Source: Octopus vulgaris (Eukaryota). Taken from it: a stretch of DNA of 64,000 nt. Shown here piece by piece: positions 53,406-64,000 of this stretch (position 1 is its first letter; each line of letters opens with the position of its first letter). The stretch lies in assembly GCA_951406725.2 (NCBI GenBank), contig OX597826.1, forward strand, positions 40,238,001 through 40,302,000, read 5' to 3'. The notes below the pieces were generated by a model. It was not told where the DNA came from and did not search any database. It was given only the letters and a program-made list of their open reading frames with translations. The position numbers and the translations under genes are program-made.

Positions 53406-53628
53406 CTATTTATAAATGTTCTAAAATCTTTAGCAGCCTTGGATATTTATCTCATTCCGAAAAATTATTTTTATATATACACATGCTAATATATGAGCCA
53501 CGTTGGAGTCCTCATTCGCATAATCACCGAACCTGGAGCTTAACTATATAGCCTGCCATAGCACTTACTCAGCATTACCTGACACCTTTACACCTTTAGG
53601 TCTTATTGAGCACCATTATCTCGCATAT

Positions 53629-53768
<140 letters not shown>

Positions 53769-53892
53769 GTAGTGTAATGTGCTCTCGAATAGATTAATAA
53801 ACTGTAAATTTGAGTAACCGTTTTTGTGACGTCTTTGCAGCTGTATTAATAAAGTATACTTTATTGGTATATATATATACTTGGTGTGTATA

Positions 53893-53929
<37 letters not shown>

Positions 53930-54007
53930 ATACATACATACATAAATACAAATATGTATATATAGAGATAGATAGAGAGAGAGAGAGGCTGGAGAGATAG
54001 ACATATT

Positions 54008-54089
<82 letters not shown>

Positions 54090-55028
54090 GTTTGCATACA
54101 TTTACATAATCATACATGTGTATATACATGCATGTACATATTTATGTATATATGTATATATTTATATACATAAGCAAGTATGTTTGTATGTGAATACATA
54201 TACATATTGTGTTATGCAATTCTTTATTTTTATGTACCTGCTTTATTCCTCATTTATTTCCGTACCATACATGTGAAATACATACACATCGATGGACAAT
54301 TTGAAATGATTCCACCATAAAACAGAGACATTCAGTCCCAACAGTAAATTTTTATTGGAAATACTGTAGCTATGTTCATTTGAAAAGGTAAAATGAAAGC
54401 TCTATTTACATACATACATACATACTATGTATGTATGTATGTATGTATGTATGCATGTATGTATGTATGTATGTATGTATTATGTATGTATGTATACAAA
54501 CACGCACGTGCGCACACACACTCAGTCACATACACACACATACTCACACACACACCACACACAACAGAATTTCGATTATGTATGTAATTAATTTCGACAT
54601 CTCATTCATTCGATTGCGACATAACTCGAAACAATTGGCCAGACAGCCGTCAGATAATTTTATGTTGAATCCAATAATTTTCCCTGATTTTCCATTCTTC
54701 TATCTACAGAAAGTCGCTGCGTTTCGACGTAGACGTACCATACAGACACAAAAATAACATGAAATGCTTACGCATACACTTACACGCACACGCATGTGTC
54801 TGTATGCGTGTGTGTGTGTGTACTTGCTTTCTTATTACGCAATCATTTGTTAAATATTTCAATAATTTCTCATTTATCGACATAATATATATCTGTATTA
54901 AATATATGTAAATCGATCATGGTTTTTCAAAGGTGCTTTTTGTTATGGCATCTGTTGTTGCTTGTTCAGGCAACCTCATAAACCGATAGCAGAAATTTTA
55001 AATAAAAGTATGAAAAGTAGTAAAGTGT

Positions 55029-55329
55029 GGCAGGAGTGCGTGTGTTGTAAGAAGCTTGCTTCCCAACCACATGGTTCCGGGCTCAATCGCAATGCGTGGC
55101 ACCTTGGGGAAGTGTCTTCTACTATAGATTCGGACCGGCCAAAGCCTTATGAGTAAATTTGGTAGACGGAAACCAAAAGAAGCCCGTCATCTATATATAT
55201 ATGTGTGTGTTTTTGTGTGTATGTGCGCACGTGCTCAACTATGTATGTGTATTTGTGTTTCTGTGTTTGTCCCCCACCATCGGTTGACAATCGATGCTGG
55301 TGTGTTTACGTCCCCATAACTTAGCCGTT
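55029..55329 (+). mobile_element. SINE family A, 3'-truncated
   Basis: Head and internal microsatellite, colinear with the other copies. Confidence 0.85.
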
Positions 55330-55824
55330 ATCGCTAAGAAGAATTTCGAGAAATTCTGTGTATAAGACATACAGTATGTGTCTTTTGATTTCATTTGTAT
55401 GAATTAAGCAAAAAACTGTTTTTGAAGAATAAATGGTACAAATAATTTTGAGAATCGAAATATTTTATCATACCTATTCAATGAATCGACCGTTAGCATC
55501 AATGGAAGCTTCAATACTGGGTCAGAAGCGTTAACATACTCGAATCAGAGGATCTTTATCAAATTTGGAAATAGTCTTGATTAGGGCAGATTTGGGAGAT
55601 TGTATGCTGTTATGGGCCCTTTGTTTGACCTCACTCGGCTACTTCATATGCGTAAAAGTGGACTGAGGTCTGGCGAGCTTTGTGTCTTGGAGAACAGGAT
55701 CATGAGGTTGGTTTGCATCCACATTTCGGTTGTGTTACTCTTAGGAGACGGTGCAGTGTTGATGGAAGGCGTACGCTTTTCTGTTCCGTATTTAGGCTAC
55801 CCAGATAGACCGAAGAACACGTAA

Positions 55825-56926
55825 ATTAATGACAATGAACTGCACCCCAAGTGTGATGTGTCAAGATTTTAGGTAATGAGGAAAGAAGGAGGACGAGGAG
55901 TGGTGTGTTGTAAAGGTTGTGTAAGGGAAGAGGACAATAGCCTGGCTTGGTATATCAAGGGGAGTAAAGAAGAAATGATTGAAGCAGTGAAAATGCAGGG
56001 AACTTTAAAAGTGAACGAAGCCGTAGATACAACACAATTTAAGGAAGACCAGAGAGAGCAGATGAAGAAAATTTGGCAGGACAAGAAAATGCACAGTCAG
56101 GTTTTGACGAATGAAGATAAGATTGATTGGATTAGGACCTGGCAATGGCTGCAGAAAGAAGATTTAAAAGGGCCCACTGAGGAATTAGTGTGCGGCGCTC
56201 AAGAACAAGCTCTCAAAACCAACTCCTCCAAATTTCACATTCATAAAAGCACCGACTCGCCATAGTATAGGATGTGCTCTAAGAAGGGACAAAGTATAAG
56301 CCATATTGTTAGTGAGTACTGTAAGCTCGCACAACGCGAGTACAAAAGGAGACACGACAATGTGGCCAGATATGTCCGCTGGCTGTTGTGCGGTAAAGCT
56401 ATCCTAGAGCCGAACACAAGCCAGAGGGAGTAATGGAAAACGAACATTACAAAATACTCTGGGATTTTAACATGCAGTGCGACTAAGTTTGAGATGACCA
56501 GGTATCGTACTCATCGATAAAGATGAAAACGAACTAAAGATAATAGGTGTTGCAATACCAGGCGATTCAATGGTGGAATGTAAGGAAACAGAAACGATTG
56601 AGAAATACGAGCCACTGTGAGACGAGATAGGAAAGTAATGGGGCATGAGGAAAATAATGGTGATACCGGTGGTAATTGGAGCATTAGGAGCAGCTTCCAA
56701 GGACTGTGAAAAATCTATTAAGAATATTGGAGCTGATGTCAGGCTCGAGGTGATCGAGAAGGCAGCATTATTGGATACAGTTCGCATTCTAAGGAGTGTA
56801 TTTTCTCTTTGAATCACAGGAGAAGGCACTACTTGAAACCTTTGATGATTTGCTATTGCCTGCTTTCAAGTAAAGCATAACTGACAATTAAGAACAATCT
56901 GGGAATCTTTCATAATAATAATAATA
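55825..56926 (+). mobile_element. Dong/R4-clade non-LTR retrotransposon 3' end (zinc knuckle plus RLE endonuclease), degenerate
   Basis: LHPK..RKEGGRG, AQEQALKT, RMC..ISHIVS, YKRRHDNVA, KILWDF, IIGVAIPGD, EKY, IPVVIGALG, KAALLDTVRILRSV*. Short 3' UTR followed by (TAA)n. Confidence 0.9.
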
Positions 56927-57110
56927 GTTTCAAATTTTGCCACAGCGGCAGCAATTATGGGGTAGTAGCTGAGTCGATTACATCGACACCACTGTTCAAC
57001 TGTTGCTTATTTTATCGATCCCTCAGCGAAATTGCAACTCAGAACGTAGAGACGGGCGAAATACCGCTAAGCATTTTGCTCGGTGTGCTAAGAATTCTGC
57101 TATCTCACCG
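56927..57110 (-). mobile_element. SINE family B, near full-length
   Basis: Minus-strand tRNA-like head (GGTGAGATAGCAGAATTCTTAGC...GTTCTGAGTTGCAATTT) plus shared tail. Confidence 0.75.
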
Positions 57111-57115
57111 TGTTA

Positions 57116-57189
<74 letters not shown>

Positions 57190-57220
57190 TAATTATAATA
57201 ATAATAATAATAATGATAAT

Positions 57221-57298
<78 letters not shown>

Positions 57299-58244
57299 TT
57301 TAATAGTAATGTGTTTATGTGTTTGTGATGTTAGAAGAAAGAGTACTCAAATGCTGGAAGCAGGGTATAAATTATCATTCATACAGTCAAGTCCAGTATT
57401 CTATGGTCGACACTTTGTTTTCCCTTTCGTAACAGAAACCCAAGGAAATCCTGATTTATCATTGTCAAAACCGATGAAGAACTATTCGCCTTTTTAATGG
57501 ATTGCTTCATAGCAATTATGACAGAGGTAGGAAGAAAGAAAGAAAGAATGGTTTGTAAATGAATGCAAAAGCAGACTAGAAGTGTGGAATGAAAATATAG
57601 ATTCTAGTAATATTTAATGAAAGGCTATAAATATTTATTTAAAATATTGAAAGTGTGTATAAGTGAAACAGTCATGTGAATAATTTATTCTTTTATTTTT
57701 TACCCAGAATATCAGAAAAAATCACTTTGGCAGTGCAATAACTATGTGAGAGACACTTATGCGATATTAAATGTGTGAAGTCAAAAATATGAAACATGCT
57801 TTTATTTCATTATATTTCGCATTTAGTAGAGACTCGTGCACGGTTGGTTGTATACTCCTTATGGAACAGTCTCTAGTTCCCTGCAGATAACTGAAAGTGT
57901 TAGAGGAACTTCGAGCTGGACAAATATCAGGGTAATGCCATATGACTGGATCTGTTATATGCAATACAGTGATTTAAAACGCTTACATAAACCGATATCA
58001 TCCAAGCAGTTAGTTCCCACTTACTCCCTTGTGGTGTATTTAAAATGTGAAAACAATATATTAGAAAGATTAAAGCACCACAGATCTGCAATAACTTTTT
58101 CAACTGACAAAATTCGATTGAATTTCACAGGCAGGTAACTCTCCCTTAATAGTAAATCTGAAAGTATTTGCAAAATGTGTATTTCGACTTTTGACATCCG
58201 ATTTAAATAAGGGAAATGTGACAGTCTGATTTGATTTTTCCAAA

Positions 58245-58410
58245 TGGTGCAGGCGTGGTTATGTGGTAAGAAGCTTGCTTCCTAACCACATAGTTCCCAA
58301 TTCAGTCAACTGAGTGGCACCTTGGGCATGTATCTTCTACTATAGCCTTCTGCCAACCAAAGTCTTGTAAGTGGATTTAGTAAACAGAAACTGAGAAGAA
58401 ACACGTCGTA
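58245..58410 (+). mobile_element. SINE family A, 5' half
   Basis: GGTGCAGGCGTGGTTATGTGGTAAGAAGCTTGC...GGCACCTTGGGCATGTATCTTCTACTATAGCC. Confidence 0.8.
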
Positions 58411-58509
58411 GATATATATATATATATATACATACATATATACATACATACATATATATATAATCCATATATATATGCCTGTATACATACATGCATGTAC
58501 ATACATACA

Positions 58510-58619
<110 letters not shown>

Positions 58620-61612
58620 TATATGGGTACAGGATGTCACAAAACGTAAACAACATGAAATACTGAAACACAGTTGAGTATGAAACAACGAGAGAAACAA
58701 ACAAAAAACAAGACATAAATGAACTTTGGACTTCCAAGACTGTAACTCAGCTGTTGTTGTTGTTGTTAATGTTAGAAAATTTGTATCTGCAACTCCTATA
58801 GTTGTTTCTGTTGCTTAACTTGGAGTTGTATTACTGCAGCTAACTATTAATATGACACACAAATTGTCAAATGACCTACGTGAGCTTCGAAAAATCCTCG
58901 TCATCGGTTGTTATATCCTTTCGCCTCCAATATCGTTGTACGATTGATATTGTGGACGTGATATTCATTACGTGGTTTAAAAAGTTAGTTGAAGGTAGAG
59001 GTGATATAGAAGAGGAGAATTAAAAATATAATTTTAGCAGAGCGGTGATGTTCTGATGGTGATGTTAAAGAAAGGCAGGGAGAGAGGAGAGAAAGAAAGT
59101 AGCGAGAGAGAATGAGTAGTGACGGATGATGAGGGCGGTAGTGGTGGTTGTGGTGGTGGTGGTGGTAAAATTTCCTATACAGAAGCGCATCGAAAGGTCT
59201 ACTGTAGTGTTTGAACTCACGTTCTAGAGTAACAGAACTGAATGTTATATCCACTTCACCATTTCACTTTTCTCTTTTCCACATATAGCCTTCATTTTTA
59301 GGCCCGATGTATCAAAACCTCAAAAGATATTTTAAACCATTAAAGTTCTTAGGGATGTATTAGCGCACGTGAAAACAATAAATCATTGTCAATTGAAGCC
59401 GCCAAGGAGTTTGTCAAGTTGACCTTCGATGAATACACAAATAGAAACATGAAATATTGCTTCACAAAAGGTTTGTTTTTATAACGATATCTAATTGATA
59501 GACATTTTAAGAATATTAGACAGGTCTAAATAAAGCTATAAAAGAAACAAATACAATAAATAATAAACAAGACCACAACGTTCACATTTAGTTTGCTCGA
59601 CAAAATGAGATGGAAATTACTGTTTCCGATCTGTTTAAATAAAACTGATAATTGATATCAACAACAAACGCTGACAATAATTTACAGAATTTTTTCACTT
59701 CCTCTTCACTTGGAACAAAATTTCAAGTCAAAGTCTAAACTATATATAACCCGTGGTGAGGGGAGTTATTACTAATTTTATAGCTTCAATGGCTCCCTGT
59801 TAGCGCAGTAACAGGGATATAAACGCATTAAAATGATGTGTCATACAGTCTTATTATACACATGCTCACCACAAGCTAATGTGGACGCCTCGTTCACCAC
59901 CCTAGAAATAGTAACCAAAAACCCTGCAAATTGCGCTATACTGTTTTAAAGAAGGAAAGCTGTTATTAGATAATATGTTCCTGCAAATCTCTAAAGGTGG
60001 GATGGATACATCTAAAATGCTATCGACTACAAGCCTACCGGCTTAGGGCTTACCTAAAAGAAAAAGAAAAAAATCGTGATCAACACTTCGACTTTTCAAG
60101 CAGTCTTGACTGCCTGTTCACCTCCGCTCCCAATTTTTACTTATTTCTAAGTGGATTGCTTGATTACTGCACAAACATGCAAGAGCACATTTCATAAATC
60201 CCTGTTGCACAAAAATGCTACCCCTGGTTCAATCAATTCACCAGTCCCCTCGAGTACATTTTACCACAAATTAATCTTTCTTTGAAATGGGGATCACTTG
60301 TGATCCACCTGAGACATCTTAGAGACAACTGAGACAACTAACCGCTCTAGTACTCACCTCCATATTGTCCTGACAACTAATACTCACAACTTTCAAACAT
60401 ACATGTAGTCGAGACACAACTATGTACGAATCCTGCTTACAACAAAGTTGCCAGCTACGAAAACCTAACTTCTCTGACCCTCGGCTTAACAAATTGACTT
60501 TTCTATTACGATTCAAAGTTTGTGCTCCTGAGTTAGCTTCTATCATCACGTGACTGTTTAATCTATATCTCTCTTTTTCTTTCACTCTTTTCCTTTTTCT
60601 CTCTCTCATTCTCTTTCTATTGGTTACACTTGACGTTTTGTCATATTCCTAACTAAAGAAAATTTTCCAACCTTCCCAGATTCCAATATTATCTCTAAAA
60701 CGAAACACTTAAAGACATCAACTCCATAAACTGGAACTCAGCCCTATCATATTACAAACTGTAAACCATTTAATTCGATTCCCTTCGATATTAACAAAAG
60801 TCATTAATATTACCAGCAGATGGCGGGGTTGTGTCTATATTAGATATCGAAATTACGAAGAACAAACACTTGGGAATTATAGAACTATCTACTAGCAGTT
60901 TGTTATTTTTATTTATACGATGGTTTGGTATCCATTCTCTTCCATTTTAAATTGATGCAACAAAATTTGATCAAAAAGAAAGCACATCGAATTAATCGAT
61001 AAATATTATTTGATAACTGTTAAAGAAATTCAAAGTAAAATTATTTAACTGATAATTATATGCTAATTGATTCAGTAAATTTCATAGATATGACTGTAAG
61101 AATAGAAATCAATAGCAAGAGTGATAACATAATTTTCCTATAATTTCACAGAATAACATGAATATAGATGTCAAAATCTACAAAATCTGGAAAAAATAAT
61201 CATCTCGATATTATAAATATAGAGATGTAGAATTAAGTGTATCATAAAACATGAAATCAATTCACGGGGACAGAAAAAAATCACAAGTATCGGTTAACTT
61301 GAATACAATAGAATCACAGAATTAAGCTTTAGGTAATAGAAAAAAATTACAAAATAAATAGAAAAAAAAGAGTTATTGATACACGATGATTCGCTCTTCG
61401 GTATACAAATATTCAAAAGAACGGAATCAATTTACATTTTTCATTTCGTAACACACTGGGTGGTAAATATACAATTAATTTTATGTGAGAACAGCAAATA
61501 AGTAGGATACAACGACACTAAAGTTTAGCGATAGGTCAGATAAAACACATGGAGTATTTCATACACAAAATGAATAATGTATTGTAACATAATACATACA
61601 GACTGAAATATA

Positions 61613-61793
61613 TTCTTTTCTACTCTAGGCACAACGCCCGAAATTTTGGGGGAGGTGGCCAGTTGATTACATCGACCGCAGTATGCAACTGGTGCTTAAC
61701 TTATCGACCCTTAAAAAGCAAAGTCGTACTCGCCGGAATTTGAACTCAGAACATAAAGACAGACGAAATACCGTTTTGGCTAGCTCGCCGCCT
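61613..61793 (-). mobile_element. SINE family B copy
   Basis: Minus strand GGCGGCGAGCT...GTTCTGAGTTCAAATTCCGGCGAG...GGGTCGATAAG. Further fragments at about 1303-1385 (-) and 63225-63360 (+). Confidence 0.8.
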
Positions 61794-62032
61794 TGATAAA
61801 TGTTGTCACATTATGTACATATCCTGATATAACTTTGTAGTCTCTTTATAAACACTGACATAAAATAATGTGGCAGTTTATGTACACATTGATGAAATAT
61901 TGTGGCAGTGTGTATACACATTGAGAAACATTGTGGCATTTTAAATACACACTAATAAAATATTGTAACATATTATACACGCACTAATAAAATATACTCT
62001 GACATATTGTAAATACACGGCTTAAAAATATT
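61793..62032. repeat. Degenerate ~31-33 bp minisatellite (~7 units)
   Basis: Recurring TACACA(T/C)TGATAAAATATTGTGGCA-like unit. Confidence 0.7.
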
Positions 62033-64000
62033 CCAAGCAAAAATTGAAAGAAAAATATTTTCACTCATAAATGAATCGTTTGATTGCGATAACGGAGTCC
62101 TCTTAATTCCTTCCAATCAAAATATTGATAATATATTTAATAGTATTTATTTATGTTCTGACTTTAAGTCTAGACCGATTTAACTCTTCTAAATTTCACG
62201 TTCTATAAAACAAATGTCAGTCAAATATTAGGATCGACAGAATGTATTCTTTCCAAATATAGGCTGCCTTATGCCTAACTCATCAGTTCATGTTTGTATT
62301 GAAAAAATATCTGAATATTATCCTGTAGTATATAATTTGTTATGTAACATTATGCAACTTATGCTTCTCTTGAGATAAGAAATCCTCACATACTACCCTG
62401 ACTTACATTTTAGTTACCTTTTCAGAGCAATAATACTCTGTTTTAGAAACAGCAATACGCTTTCTGTGCATAGTATATTTCTGTGTGAAATACTCAACCG
62501 TAATTAGAGCTTCTTCTTTAATATTTAGTTTTCACGCAAAGGATTTTCAACGAATTATCAACAGAATCCACATTTTTCATATTATTTTCCATGGTCCCTT
62601 CAATTTCTGTTTTCATTTCTCTAAATTGCAATAAAGAAAACCGCTCGTAGCTGGTTCTGTTGCTTTAATTTCGTTTCCTGTTGTTGATATTAATTTTCCC
62701 TATGTTCTAGTAATTGCAGCCTCATCTCAGCTCTTGCAAGCATTACTTCAAAAAGCATTGATTTTCAATAGCTTTCCATCATATAGAATATAACCCACGC
62801 AACACTATTATTATGATTACCATTGCAAACTGTCTTTAGAGAGTATTTGCGTTCCTTTTGTAATTATTCTTTGCTACTTCTCCAAATAATTCATTTTGCG
62901 TAAGTTATACCTCAAAAGAATTATATAAGAATCAGAAAATCACCTTTAAGTCCTCCCATATCATTTACTACAGAAAACCTGAGAGTCGGACAACATATTT
63001 TGTGGCATTTTATTACAGCTCTTTACGTTCTAAATTTAAACCACACAAGATCAATTTTGCACTTCATCTCTGCGGAGTAAAATACCCTACTGGAGTTGAG
63101 ATATCGAATGGACTTTGACTCTAGTTTCAGGTTTTGGCGAGCTGACTCGAGGCGACAGACTTGGAAAGTCGTTAGAGCATCATCGGAAAATAATGTTTCA
63201 TGATCTAATTTCAAACCCTACCACGATGAACTTCGCCTTTCATTCCTGCCGGTTCGATATTTGTTGCTCTCACCAATCCCAGTAGAAGTCACCTAATAAG
63301 ATGGATACCAACTAACGTCTCCCCCCAAAATTGATGGTGCTGTGCCTTAATCAGAAACCTTTTTTCTTTTTAATGTTATTAACAATTATATACCTGCTTC
63401 TAGTATTTCTGAGATTTGTGCAGTATTGCGTTTTGAAGTGTTAGCTTTTTTATCAGTTTTACTTTGTTATAGTGTTTGACCATTTGGTCTTGATAGTATT
63501 CTATTATTTCTTCTGTCATATTATTTATGTGATATCATGTAGTGTCAGCTGATGATTATGTTGCAGGTGTTGTGTCATTTTATTTTGTGGTGACAGTGTA
63601 TGAGATGCACAGGTTGCGATTAGTTCCTTAATGCGCTGTATATACGTTGTGTGAAGAAAGCGAGCTGTTTGAACTGTGTTATTGAACTGAATTGATCTTG
63701 TGATGAATGGGAATCGTTCCAAATAGCGTCACTACTTAGAGTATAGAATAATATTGTAAACATTGCCAACTTGATCGCTGAGGAGAATACATTCGGAGTT
63801 GGTAAGGGCGGGATGTCAGAAATGATGTTGTCAATTGTCTCATTGTACGGGCTGCTGAAACGGAACATGTTTTTATATTTTTACAGTTATTCGTCACTGG
63901 CCATTGACGTTGTGCAGATTCTGCTAAACGTTGTGTCTACGTTTAATACAAAGTTATCGAATCAATTTTGAGATTCATTATAGTTTCCATTATTTCGATC

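Noticed and set aside
61793-62032. Regularly spaced ~32 bp repeats as a possible CRISPR array
   Set aside because: Units are adjacent and degenerate with no unique spacers, there are no cas genes, and the context is eukaryotic.
62250-62950. Possible hAT transposase remnant on the - strand
   Set aside because: Only a vague HCxxHR-like hint, with no readable frame or TIRs.

Overview
This is eukaryotic, AT-rich, repeat-saturated intergenic or intronic DNA. The SINE families and microsatellite style look cephalopod (octopus-like); that assignment is an inference. I found no convincing host protein-coding exon, rRNA, functional tRNA or CRISPR array, and most ORFs in the track are microsatellite artefacts. 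The window is a graveyard of transposable elements. DNA transposons: Tc1, maT-like, mariner and DD41D-like remnants, a Tigger-type MITE and a composite non-autonomous Helitron. Retroelements: a degenerate Ty3/Gypsy element, RTE, Hero and Dong/R4 LINE remnants, several tRNA-derived SINE families and several Penelope-like (PLE) fragments. The most interesting signal is a set of about six minimal type-I hammerhead ribozyme motifs (CUGANGA...GAAAC-palindrome-GUH) in short non-coding modules, most embedded in (TA)n tracts. Three such modules are near-perfect 180-290 bp palindromes (34104-34300, 40414-40597, 41060-41347) that fold back in or beside the ribozyme core. All alignments and pairings were done by eye, and element boundaries are approximate unless termini are quoted.
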